In this document: piece by piece, positions 51,700 to 64,000 of the stretch
Position numbering within the stretch: the first letter of the stretch is position 1
Layout: the number at the start of each line of letters is the position of its first letter
DNA from: Octopus sinensis
Lineage: Eukaryota
DNA length: 64,000 nt
Direction of reading: 5' to 3'
NCBI RefSeq assembly: GCF_006345805.1
Contig: NC_042999.1
Span: 162,502,001 to 162,566,000, forward strand
Position numbers and translations under genes: made by a program
The notes under the pieces: generated by a model
What the model saw: only the letters and a program-made list of their open reading frames with translations
Database searches by the model: none
Told to the model about the DNA's origin: nothing

Positions 51700-52270
51700 G
51701 AAATGTTGTATTGTAAACATTCACTTTCTCTCAAAAAAGTTTTTAAAATGCTTCAACATCAAACCTCTGGATGAACATAAATTATGCAAAATAGCGATCC
51801 AGCATTTTATGTTCTGTACTGTTCATTGCCTTAAACATGTCTTTTGTCCTCTTACCAAAAGTCTTCAAATTTATTTGTATACATACTCCAATTCCTGGCT
51901 TTGCAAAATTTCCTGAGTGGTTAATGATTATATTCCAAATCATTCAAGTTGTTATAAGCAGTCTGTAGCTGCTTAATAATTAAGATAAGAACTTCAGTGT
52001 TTCTTTCATCAAAGATCAGAAATTTTCTCCTGTTTTCAGGATCACACCCTCCAAAGATCCATAAGAACATAACAAGACTGAGGGAATACTGAAGAATTAA
52101 TGTGGATTCAGAAATTTCGTGATGAATTGTTTTACAGTTTTTAGAGCCAAGTTGCCATTGATCTTTATTCTTTGTAACTTTAAACATGGTTTTTATTTGA
52201 ATAAATTTCAAAGCTTTCCTTAGGCAGAGGTAAAAACGTCTTAGATTAACTGTTGGCAATAATTTCAAAA
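51700..52270 (-). pseudogene. Merlin (IS1595-like DDE) transposase relic
   Basis: EISES...WIFGGCDPENRRKFL...RNTEVLILIIKQ..AYNNLNDLEYNHSGNFAKP.IG..IQ...DMFKAMNST...MLDRYFAxFMFIQRF follows the Merlin pattern EIDES..WVFGG..R..TL..II..AY..L...H...NHS.NF..P..G.HTQ...YL.EF.WR. Confidence 0.62.
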
Positions 52271-55200
52271 TGTCTTATTGGTCTGTTTTGTTTTCTTCAT
52301 TTGTAGAATGTATTGTTTATAGTTCTTTAAATTTAAGTAAGATACTGATGTTCCTCAAATATCCTAGAAACATGATATATCTTGTGATAAATTATTGATA
52401 AAACCAGCTGTAATCATTAGAGTCATTGGCATTCCATCAATAGTGAATGATTTCCCCAATGAGATGTTGAGACTCAGATCATGAGTATCAGAAGTGAATT
52501 ATCTCTTTCACTGGTTTCTGTCTTCAGCTGTAATGGTCCAGTTGTAAGCTGGAACATAACAATGATAAATGTCTTCACATTAAGTTTAAACTATTGAAAG
52601 AATAACAGAAAATTTACTCCAAGAGGATATGCTCACATTTCTCAGAAATCATTTTTGTTATCCACGAAAGTGAACTATAATAATTCTAATCATAAATATT
52701 ACCCCACAGGCAAATAGATAATTTGTTTTGCTTAAAATATCAGAACACATCGGATAATGAAGTCCTATATACACTCTTGAGGTGGTCACTGATGAAACGC
52801 TTTGATAATAGGTCTGCTTGATCAGGACTATTGCCTCTTTGGTGTATTAAGTGTCGTCCAGCTCTAGAAGACGTCTAAGTTAAGCCTAAAACTATGTAAC
52901 AAAAATATTCTTTTCTTCAACGAAATTTATCTAAGGATTTCAAGTTTGGTATATTCTTGTAAACCTGTTCAAATATGAATAACAAGGGTGAAAAATAAAC
53001 GAGTGTCACTCGTTTCTTTTATATTTAGAACTTGTCAAAAAAAAATCTATATAAAGAATATTGATTGCTGTCCGTAATTTAGATAACATGATCCTTGGTA
53101 AATGTTACAAAAGGTTTGTATAGCTTGAAATAGAAGGGGAGTTGAATGATGGCTTTGTGATTATCGCAGCTACTGTTAGATGTATGAAAACCAAGTGGTA
53201 ACCTTGATTCAGTGAAGAAATTGAAATAAAGGGATTTCTTGTAATGTCTCGCGACTCTTTAGGAAATGAATTAACAAAATTTGACTTGGAACTTCAGTTC
53301 TTTACTTCGATGTTAAGACATTTGCTGTCTTCCAATAGGCAATAATACGATCAACAGTAGCATCAATAATTGAACAAGTAGTAGTAGTAACAACATAAAC
53401 ATCACTTTACTTAAGTCATTAGTTATTCGATCAGGTAGACAATAAGCATCCGACCATGCTAGAAATACAAACACTCACACAACACACACGGATGCAGATC
53501 TGATGGGATTTAGACGTAATAAAGAAGAGGGGGAAAATGAAGAAATAGAAGAAAGAATTCAATGGCATGTTTGTCCATCGAGCTACCATCACATGATGTT
53601 TGAATAATGTCAATAAAACTCGATGGTGTTGGTCAGCTCATAAATAATCCTGCTGGGATGTAAACAGCCAAAAGAAAAGAGTTTGAAAAAGAGAAAGATA
53701 GAGAGTGTGTGAGTGACAGAAAAGAGAGAGGAAGTGATAAATGGCGGCAATAAGAGAGAACACAACATAACGCCATATATATATAAGTGTTGGAGAGGAA
53801 TAAAACGAAGGGAAGAAAAAGAGAGTGGATGTAAAATGTAGAAAATAAAAGAAAAAAACAGATAACAGAGTGTTAGACACATTTGGATGTAAGGACAAGA
53901 AGAGAGTGACAAACAAAAAGACAGTGATAGGGGGAAAAAAGCAGAAGCAATGTGGGAGAGAAATATAGTACCCAGAGTGCGTGATAGACAACACATAATA
54001 CATACACACATCAAAAATCAAAAACAAAAAGGAAAAGGAAAATAGTGCAATGGACAGAAAATAGGAGCCATTTGTATGTTGAATGTGTGCGCGCCAGTGA
54101 TGGAGGGATGCGTGGAATATAATTGATCATCTGCAACAGTGCAAGATCAACAGCAGAGCACTGCAGTGATATTGAGATATGTGTGACGTCTTAACTGCAA
54201 TATGTAAACAGCAATACTTGGTCCACACAAACTCCTTCGCACAACTCTCTGTCTAACACACACACTTTCTACATCTAATTCCAGTACATCTCTCTCTCTC
54301 TCCCTCTCAAAAGACAAGTTACAACCACTATCTTTCCAACATATTCTCTCTCTTACACTCTTTCTCTTTACATCCGTTTTTCAAACTCTTTAAACAGATG
54401 AATGGGCTCACAATTACATAAACACCAACTTCACTCACTATTCGACCATCACTCTATTCATTCTTTCTTACACACTCATACAAACAAGCTCCTTTTCATC
54501 TCTACATCTACCTACACACTCACCAACACGCTCTTTCTATCCATTTCACTAAACTGTTACAACTACTTTCACTTTCAAGCATGCTGGGTGCATTGTGTCT
54601 GCATGTTTCTTGTATGGTGGACGTCTGTATATATTAACTAATGTGTCTATTATTGTTAATATGTTAGTGCTACTCTATGTTCTTGTTAATATTGTTATAG
54701 TACTAGTGGTATTAAAAGTGTCTGTGTGTGTGTTTACACGATACTGTGTGTGTGTTTACACGATACTGTGTGTGTATCTGTATTAGTGTTTTGACATTAG
54801 TAAATGTGTTAGTATGTTAATAGCAATGTATTGGCACTTGTGTGTCTGTTTGCGTATTAGTGTTTTTGTATATTTTAGCAATAATGCGCTGTATGTTAAT
54901 ATACATTGGATTTAGTATGTGTATGTACTGCTACTATGTATTAGTAATAGTGTGTGTAAGCAAATGTGTATTATATAATCTATTAGGATGTGCATTTTCT
55001 AGCCTTAACCTAGTTTCTGGTCAATTCAGCACTTTTAATTGTTCATTGTTCAATCGATGTTTGGATTGACTCCAAAACTTCGTCTTTCAATGTAATTCGT
55101 TTTTTGTATTTTGTTTTATTTTGTTTTAACTTAATTTTATGGGACTTCATTTAAAAAAATTTTTGCAATTTGTTCATATTTCATAAAAGTTCAATTTTGT

Positions 55201-56958
55201 CTTCTGGTAAATTCTAGGCGATACGAGTTAACGAGGTTTCGATTTCCGATAGAGTAAAGGAAAAGGGCCTTCCTAATTCAAAGCTAGTTTATATCTCCAG
55301 ATTTCTCTAGAAAATGTCTGTCATTGTTATTATTAACTGTTGCATATCCCAAGACTGGATTTTGGGGGATTCGCTTGTGCCACATTTCTTTTGACAATGG
55401 CAACATTTCTAATTAATTACTTCCTGTCTTTTTATTCTTCTAAATGCAATTAGGCTTTGCAGAATCTATAATTTAATGCTATTTGAACAATTTGTTCTGT
55501 TAAATTGAGTCATTGTTATTTTCATCATACTTTTTAATACTATTAGTTTCTTTTTGATTTGGCGTAAGATCTGTATTTCAGGGTTGTATGATGATGATGA
55601 TCATCATCATTTTAATATCCGCTTTTCCATGTTGGCATGAATTGGACGAAATTTGTTGAGGTAGATTTTCTATGACTGGATACTCTTTCTGTCATCAACC
55701 CTCACTCGTTTCTATGTAATATTTCCCCATGACTAGGGTATGCTTTCACAGAAGACTGGAAAGGAAGGACACTGCTTGTATGACAGTGACACTTGCTTAC
55801 AACTATAACATGTTGTCCAGGCAAGAATACAGTAATACACACACACATACACACTCACATACATATACTCATATACGACAGGCTTCTTTCAGTTTCCATC
55901 TACCAAATCCTCTCACAAAGCTATAGTAGAAGATATGGCAAGGTATCATGCAGTGGGACTCAACCAATAATTAGAACCCTCCCCACCCCACCCCACCCCA
56001 CACACATACATGTGTGTGTGTGTATACACACACAACACAGATACATACATAATTTATCAGTATTGAACATGATTTAATTATAGCTTAGCAATTCTCATCC
56101 TTGTAACATTAACAAATAAGACCTCTCCAGCTTATACAAACATTAATTCTGAATTTGTTAAAAACTTTGAAAAACTGATTTATTGTTCCCATCAAATACT
56201 AAGATTTTGTTGAAGCTATCTGATTATACCTGGTGGATCCAAAACAATGTTTGGATTTCAAAAACTATTTCCTAAAGCTACCTTTACTCGGAACCATTTT
56301 CTTTCCTAACACTTAAATAAACATTTCAACTTCCATTTTTCTTCCTTTGCAAAAAGATTTAAGTTTCACATCCATAATGCAATTATATAATTATGTGGCC
56401 ATTACCATAGATAACAGATAATTCCTCAGGTGAGACTAAAAGTACTGGATTTCCTTGAGAATATCTTGGAAAAGGTGTGGACACCACATATTTCATTCCT
56501 TATCAATCTGAGGTTGTAAGCATATTAAAGTCATCATTTTTGATTTCTTTCACTTAAACTCTTTAGCATTTAAACTGGCTATATCCAATACAAGTATTCA
56601 TCTTCTTTTATTTCAAACCAGTCAGATCTGGCTTCTCTCACCAACCCTACAATGACATTTCAAAATAAACACCAACCTCACTGAAATTTCTGAGCTACAA
56701 GATAATTAACTCAATGTGAATAAATAAGCATTACATTTAACAGAGTAATATGAATGTTAAGGAAAATGTGATGTAAAGCTCACACTTTTTCCTAAAGACA
56801 TTAGTGGTTCAAGTAAAATGAGATGTCAAGAAGGAATCAACTCCAGGTCACAGGGTAGCATGAACTATGCTGGGAGGTTTAAGTCTTATTCTAATTATTG
56901 ATTTCTTATTCATGCCAATACAGAAAGAAAATGTGATTGTGAGGTGTAGTGTGGCTTT

Positions 56959-57225
56959 CATCATCATCATCGTTTAGCGTCCGCTTTCCATGCTAGCATG
57001 GGTTGGACGGTTCAACTGGGGTCTGGGAAGCCAGAAGGCTGCACCAGGCCCAGTTTGATCTGGCAATGTTTCTACGGCTGGATGCCCTTCCTAACGCCAA
57101 CCACTCCATGAGTGTAGTGGGTGCTTTTTACGTGCCACCGGCACGGGGGCCAGGTGAGGCTGGCAACGGCCACGAACGGATGGTGCTTTTTACGTGCCAC
57201 CGGCACGAGGCCAGTCGGGGCGGCT
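56959..57225 (-). mobile_element. RTE 3' end fragment
   Basis: (cat)n tail plus cgtttagcgtccgctttccatgctagcatggg. Confidence 0.85.
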
Positions 57226-58551
57226 TTGTGGGAAGAAATTTACTTCCTGGCCATGTGATCCTGGGTTCACTCTCACTGCAAGGTACTTTGGACAAGTAAC
57301 TTGCACTATAGCCCTGGGGTGACCAAAGCCTTGTGAACGAATTTGGTTGATGGAAACTGAAAGAAGCCTGTTCTATGTATATGTCAGATCATTTGAAAGG
57401 TACTTTATCTCGGGTGCAACAGGTTACATGGAATCCAGTACAACCTGTTGCATGGTTGGAGTGTTGGCAACTAAACCAGCACCTCCACCAAGTTGGCCTG
57501 GTGAGGTGGGTTACTAGAAATCCAGCAGGACTAAAAACAAAACCTGTTAAAAGGACAGATGAATCGAATGTAAGTTCAATGACTATCTAACAATAACAGA
57601 GGCACTCAGAAATTCTGGGTTGGTGCCTAGCATGCTGAAAGACCACTGGGAGTGAGGCACCACTCAGCTTTTGTTAAAACATGTCTCTAGGAGGTCACTC
57701 TGATATAAAACCAGATATGCAAAACATGGCATTGGACATTTTGGTAATTTTTGGCATGTGCTTGAGATCATGGGACACCCACATTCCTAAGCCTGCAAAC
57801 CATATTGGCACTAGATATCTTACCTTGGTTTGTCTCTGGATCATATCAATAGGGTAGAAAGGCTCTATGAGATGTCATGCAAACCTTATTAAACTGAAAA
57901 TTTTGCACTGGCATTGCTGACTTTCTGCATGGGCATTGCTGCTTAATTTTATCTACACATTTTTAACTCTACATTTTTTAATTTCACACATTTTAACCTT
58001 ACACTTTTAACTTTACTTTTTTTATAATTTTTTTTTTTAATTTGAAAGTCCTGTGGTGATGGGAAGGTGGTGAAGCAAGCAGATCCGATAGGTTGGAAGC
58101 ATTTGGTCAGTGACTTCCACTTAGGTGGTCCATATTAGATATAAAGTCATCTCCTTATTACCCAAGGCAATGATGGGATTCAGTTGCTGCATGGGTGTCT
58201 GAGCAGTTCCATTTGGGGAGGGCACTGCTCATGCTGGAACAGTTGGGAATGCTGTGAAGCTGGCAAGGGTTGCCTTTAAGTGGGGAAAGTGTATATTATT
58301 AATGTGGTGCTCCTACGGAGGTGGGGTGTGTGGTAGGTGTAGCTGTGTCATATGTATAATTCTTTTCAGGGGTGTATAAATAAGCATTACATTTAACAGA
58401 GTAATCTGAATGCTAAAGGGTTCCGTAAAGTTATATAATCGATTTGTTACCTAACACTCCATTGTATTCTTTACATGAAACTGATTGATGAGATCAGCCA
58501 TGATGGATATTTAATACTATACATTTTAAATAATATATACACACACACACA

Positions 58552-58949
58552 TCTTTATATATAAAAGTGAGGTTGTGTGCTGTCTGTCTCCTACAATTTA
58601 GATTCCTAACTACTCCCACATTTTGCGGTGCAGTTTAACCAAAACCGGGTATCTTATAGTCGTGATTCATATCGAGCCCTTCTGGGTATTAGCGCATGTC
58701 TACGATGAGTCTAAGATTTAAAAAATAATTTACCATCAATTTTTCCCATTTTTAATGCATTTTTGGCATATATAAGGGAAGTAACTCTCTAAAAATTTAT
58801 TATTAAATCTCAGAACGTAAAAAGCTACAGTAACCCCCCCCCCCTTTGTGGTTAGCCATATTGAGATGGCTATTATACTTTACATCTCTAAAAATGCTTA
58901 TATAGTTATTTCCCTTACAAACCCGAGCAACGCCGGGTGATACTGCTAG
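58552..58949 (+). mobile_element. Non-autonomous Helitron, copy 6
   Basis: a|TC...CTAG|t with hairpin; short divergent internal segment near 58790-58890. Confidence 0.9.
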
Positions 58950-59915
58950 TTTATACATATATTCATACATGTATATATACATACATATACACATACTGTT
59001 ATGGGAGAATCCTGAACACCCCCACACAACTGAAGGTGGACTAACTGATTACAATAAATAAGAACTGAGTGAACTGTCAAGGAGGTAGTTGATGGTGGTT
59101 TGTTCAACAGTGTTGGTTAACTGTGTTAGTTCGACGTGTGCTGGTTTAACAGTCAGTAGTTGAACGGTGAATACTGAGTATCATACTTACATTCAAGTAG
59201 TTCAGAGTGCATTCTGGGTTAACATATATTTCTGCAATAGGTTATTTTTTAGATAACCACAACTAACTATTTATTAGTGTAATACCATTTTACACCAGAT
59301 GTATAAACCCATATCATAACATTTTTGGCAAGAAGATTATTACTGGACCAATTTTTGCTTAAACATAAAAGGTTTACTAACTTTAGTCATTGAATTACAG
59401 AAACAACAGCAACATTAGTTGTTGGAATTTCAGAAGCAACAGCAAACTGTTAGTACAACTGATACAGAAGAAAACAGAAAATATATTTAGTTTGATCGAA
59501 TTCTGACAAATAATAGAAATAAATAATTCTGACAAAATTAGAACAAAATCAGAAACCAACACTACAAAAAATATCTGAGGTATAGCAGAGAATAATAAAC
59601 CTAAAGCATGATATGGAACAAATTGAAATGAAAAACTGCTCTCATGTACAGTCAGTGTGACCAAAAGTAAGAAATGAAAAGCAGAAAATTAACCCATTGT
59701 TACACATTCATATCTATGTGTTTGCATATGCCAAACTACATCCCCACTCTTGGCACTATTTTGTTAGTGAACAGTACAACTGTGTGTAAAGTATATAATG
59801 TATCACTACGCTGAATGTCGTCGTCCATGTAACATGTAAAGTCAATAAACACGTAACAATAACAATGGTTTTCATTTGGTTGTCTTTCCCATTAGAACCC
59901 AAACTACACACAACA

Positions 59916-59933
59916 TGGTGGCAGCGGTGGGAT
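59916..59933 (+). promoter_or_regulatory. Primer-binding site complementary to tRNA-Leu(AAG/UAG)
   Basis: tggtggcagcggtgggat is the reverse complement of ATCCCACCGCTGCCA-CCA, the 3' end of metazoan tRNA-Leu(AAG), recalled from known sequence. Confidence 0.85.
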
Positions 59934-60040
59934 AATTAATCGGAAACTGTGCCTTTACAACGAAACAGAAACACAACGAACGAGGAATTAACAAACAAAA
60001 CGTCGCTTCGTCTTAGGACAACAAAACATGACGATCCAGG

Positions 60041-62418
60041 ATGGCGACCCCCGTCGCCGTACAGATGAATCTACATCCCATTATGAACTGGGATTCTAGG
60101 GATGTCGTAGAAGAATTTAAAAAATTCAAACAAAAAGCTCAACTAGCTTTCAAAAGTTTCCTGAAAGGTACAACTGACGATGAGAAGGTAAGCTATATCC
60201 TTTTGTGGTCAGGTAATAAAGGAATAGACCTATACAATAGCTGGGATATGTCAGGATCGGACTGCAATAACCCAGACACACTTCTTGAGAAATTTGAGAG
60301 GCACCTAGAGCCCAGGTCGAACCATAGAATTCACAGATACGAATTCCAGGGCCTGAAACAAGCCCCACAAGAAACAATTGACAATTTCCTGTCAAGACTG
60401 AAAAATGTTGCTGAGAAATGCAAATTCAAAGACAGGTAGGAGAGAATTGTAGACCAATTAATATGGGGGTGTGCCCACAAAGAAGTACAAAAATCATTAA
60501 TAGGTAAGGATGCTCTCCAGTTGGTAGAAGCAGTAGACACTGCAAGAGCATTCGAAGCCACTACCAAACAGATGGCCTCACTTAGCTTACAAACAAGCTC
60601 ACGTGGTAGCAGTGTTGATACTATATCTAGGCACAGGACACAAACCCACAAACAAAGAACATGCCAGTACTGTGGTACAGAGCATGAATTTAATAAGCGG
60701 AAAAAATGTCCTGCATTCGATACACACTGCAAAGGATGTGGAAAACTTAACCACTGGAAAAAAATGTGTAGGGTAACAAAATCCCAGAGATGCAAGCCCC
60801 AATTTTCAAAGAGGAGCAGAAATAGAAAGGATATACATGCACAACAACAGGAACAAAACACCTCAGAGGAGGAATTCTTGGCAATCGGCATAATAAATGT
60901 GCATGAGATGGGAAAGGACAACTGGAAGAAAGACGAGGCATACACGACAATAAGAATTGAAAAGAAGGCCGGAAGCAAAAGAACAAACATTGACTTAAGG
61001 CTGAAGATAGACACTGGGGCCCAGAGTGATATCTTGCCTGTCAGCTTATACAAGAAGATGTTCCCAGAAAATATGACAGAAGAGGATAGGGTCAGGAAAG
61101 GAATCCTCACACAAAGTGATGTGGTCCTCACTGCGTACGGAGGTACCAGGATTCCACAACTGGGGAAAACAACGATTAAGGGGACACAGAAAGGGAAAAC
61201 AATCGAGTGTACATTTTATGTCACAAGAACAGAAGGCCCAGCAATTCTTGGACTCGATACCTGCAGGAGGTTAAATATTGTGTCGGTCAATGCTGAAGTG
61301 AAAGCAGCTCCAAGCAGGATTGACAGTGATATGCCTATCAAAGACCGACCACCAATCACAAACAAACAGGAGATGGAAGGACCAAGCAGAAAGGTCCACC
61401 ACATTGTAAATGTGACAACCGATAAGCTAGTGGAAATCAAAGAGGAAACCTCACAACAAAAGGAGGAAATGATATCTAGTGACATTCCAAGAAGGCCATG
61501 GCAAACTATTGGAGTAGATCTATTCACAGAGGGCCAAGAATGGTATTTAATAATGGCCTGCTACTACTCCAAATTTCCATTTGTGAGAAAAGTGAAAGAC
61601 CTGACAGCCAAAACAATCACTACAGTGGCTCGAGGACTCCTAGCAGAGCAAGGAATACCAGAGCAGATCATATGTGACAATGGAACCCAGTTCACATCAC
61701 AAGAATTCAAAAAGCTAGCCGATGAGTATGGGTTCAATATTACAACTTCATCTCCAAACTACCCAAAGGCCATGGGTTTATAGAAAGACAGGTGCAGACA
61801 GTGAAGAGAACACTAGTCAAATGCCGAGAGACTAAGGAAGACCCACACCTGGCACTTCTGTCCCTACGAGCGACACCACTGAGAGCTGATATGAAATCCC
61901 CAGCAGAATTGCTGAATGGCAGGAAGTATAAAACTACCCTGCCAACAAAGATCCAACCTCCTATTGACCAGGAAGAGACAAGGGCAAAGCTAGCAGCCAC
62001 TCAAGAACAATCACAGAGGTATTACAACAAACATGCACAATATTTACCTGAGATGCTTGGAGGACATGTGCATACTCAAGATCCCATAACTAAAACATGG
62101 ATCCCAGCAAAGGTTGTCAGTAGAGCTGAAACTCCAAGATCGTATATAATAGAAACGGAATCTGGTAGGCAGCTGAGACGCAACAGGGCCCACATCCGCC
62201 CAATACCAGAGCTGTCGAGGAAAACGTGTACAACACCTGCTGCATTGGTGACAACACCCACAGAATCATCACCCCAACGGGCACCAACCACATATCAGCA
62301 GCCCAACAACACACCTCAGACAGGTGCGAAGCAAAAGATCCACCAGATGGAGAAAGAACATTCTGCCACCGGTTCGATACCATTAAAGAAAAAAGAAAAT
62401 GAAAAGAGAAGTATCTAA
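60041..62418 (+). pseudogene. gag-PR-IN polyprotein with one in-frame TAG (60437-60439) and one frameshift (~61770)
   Basis: Gag with CQYCG..H..CPA and CKGCGKLNHW knuckles; protease KIDTGAQ; integrase core PWQTIGVDLF...CDNGTQFTSQEF...HGFIERQVQTVK...SPAELLNGR...RRNRAHIR. Confidence 0.9.
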
Positions 62419-62892
62419 TTCAGCTAGACTACAAAGCAGAGGCAGAATAACCTCACGACTTCTGCTGTAGGATTGCCACCTGAGGCTGACAATCCATAGA
62501 GCAAGGGAGACTACTCATAGTTGTCTTCACTGCCAAAAGACCCCTTTATTTTTTTTCAAGAAAAAGGGATGTTACACATTCATATCTATGTGTTTGCGTA
62601 TGCCAAACTACATCCCCACTCTTGGCACTATTTTGTTAGTGAACAGTACAACTGTGTGTAAAGTATATAATGTATCACTACGCTGAATGTCGTCGTCCGT
62701 GTAACATGTAAAGTCAATAAACACGTAACAATAACAATGGTTTTCATTTGGTTGTCTTTCCCATTAGAACCCAAACTACACACAACACCCATGTTTTGGA
62801 TGAGGAAAATTGCACTACAGATTTAACTGTCCTTATAAAAATCGAAAATGCTTCAAGTGTGGTAAGACAGGTCATAAAAAATCACACTTTAA

Positions 62893-63113
62893 CCCTTTAG
62901 CATTTAAACTGACCATATCCGGCCAAAATTATTCTGCCTGTTTTATGTTCAAACAGGCCAGATCTGGTCTCTCACACCAACCCTACAATATCGTTTTAAA
63001 AATTAACAGCTACCTCATCAAAATATCATAGCTACAAGATAATACATGATAGCTCAAAACAATGTGGATAAAAAAAGCATTAATTTTGGTAGAATAATGC
63101 GAACACTAAAGGG
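62893..63113. mobile_element. piggyBac-like MITE, complete, inserted in the host Gypsy gag region
   Basis: TTAA|ccctttagcattt ... acactaaaggg|TTAA (62889-62892 and 63114-63117). Confidence 0.9.
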
Positions 63114-64000
63114 TTAAAACAACCTAGAAAATGGCTCAACAGAAAAACACCATGTAAACAGTTTATCGGTGGCAAGAAATACAAATGAAACTCGAAGGAA
63201 ATTTGTGTATGTAAAAATTAATAATACGAATGTACAGTTACAGGTAGTGACATTACTTTAATTAATGAAAACACATTAAACAATATCAGGAAACCTACAC
63301 TACAGAAAACCTTGAAGAATACACATGGAGTCTTGGGGGATTAAATTAATTTTTAAGGACAACATTATCTGTAACGTTACATTTCACAGTTAGACTATAA
63401 AAACAAAAGTTTATGTATTAAAAAATACAAGCAACCTTTTTGGAACTGATAGGATGGAACTGTTTGACTTATAGGATTTACCCATAAATAATTTTTGTGA
63501 AAATGTAATGGGATCATGTGCCATTTCTATTACAGAGTCAGATAATTTTTTTGAAAAATGAATAGGTTGTTTCCTGATGTTTTTCAGATGAGTTGAGTCT
63601 GTGCAATAAATTTAAAGCAAAATTTCAGGTAAAAGAAAATTCATTACTAGTTTTCAAACCTAAACGTAATGTACCATTTGCAGCACTAGAACAAGGGAAT
63701 AAGGAATTAGACAGACTGGAAAAAATGAGAGTTACTGAAAAGATCAATTATCCAGATTAGGCATCTCCAACAGTGTATGTAAAAAAGAACAATAAAATTC
63801 ATGTATGTGCAGATTTTTTGATGGGGCTAAATGAATGTTTAAGACAATACAACGACCCATTACCAAGCCCAGAAGGAATCTTCTGGAAATTAAGCGATGG
63901 AAAATTGTTCTTGAAATTAGCCCTTTCTGATGCTTACTTACAAATACATGTGGAAGACGAATGTACTAAGCTGTTGACAATACCCATAATGGTCTGTACA

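Larger units (their letters stand above)
50405..52600 (-). pseudogene. hAT transposase relic with one candidate terminus (cagtgttgccaac at 50405)
   Basis: ORFs 51080-51598, 50859-51104 and 50651-50884: LYLLFLHPILKHVQEVNKLFE, FWLEV, and the dimerization motif LLTLPNSNAE..FSSM..VKSKLKN. Confidence 0.72.
59698..62787 (+). mobile_element. Young LTR retroelement with gag-protease-integrase core but no RT or RNase H
   Basis: 218-bp LTRs (59698-59915 and 62570-62787; TG...CA; 2 mismatches), CCCAT TSD on both sides, PBS at 59916-59933, PPT aagaaaaaggga. Confidence 0.96.
58997..64000 (+). mobile_element. Older degenerate Ty3/Gypsy element (host of nested insertions), running off the window end
   Basis: Putative LTR tgttatggg...cataaca (58997-59321), degenerate PBS ttggcaagaagat, gag zinc knuckles NPCFG*GKLH..CPYKNRKCFKCGKTGH restored by removing the nested element, protease region ~63180-63300, RT N-terminus ASPTVYVKK..VCADF..LNE..YLQI. 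Confidence 0.75.

Noticed and set aside
57822-57891. Minus-strand exon with strong splice signals (ttttcag ... AG|gtaaga)
   Set aside because: Stops in all three frames; the surrounding cysteine-rich sequence looks like a decayed non-LTR ORF1.

Overview
AT-rich eukaryotic genomic DNA dominated by transposable elements and (TA)n/(CA)n microsatellites, with a 100-N gap at 26485-26584. The repeat landscape resembles octopus (coleoid cephalopod) DNA; the species is an inference. There are no prokaryotic operons, rRNA or CRISPR arrays. Main contents: (1) a ~3.9-kb near-perfect palindrome (911-4840) made of two head-to-head Penelope-like element (PLE) halves, each with an open thumb + GIY-YIG frame and an outer hammerhead-ribozyme motif; (2) a near-intact full-length RTE LINE (ORF ~15230-18249) preceded by a 2.85-kb higher-order tandem array of 162-bp monomers that may be a multimeric 5' UTR; (3) at least four further PLE lineages, one with a twin-priming-type 5' inversion; (4) a young LTR element (218-bp LTRs, 5-bp TSD, tRNA-Leu PBS) encoding gag-protease-integrase with no RT/RNase H, nested in an older Gypsy element; (5) six copies of a ~400-bp Helitron, a Merlin-like foldback, piggyBac-like MITEs, hAT and Merlin transposase relics, tRNA-derived SINEs and CR1/RTE 3' fragments; (6) a likely first coding exon (signal peptide, phase-1 intron) of a minus-strand host gene at 30590-30662. 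All alignments and translations beyond the supplied ORF track were done by eye, so boundaries are approximate unless a TSD or terminal motif is cited.
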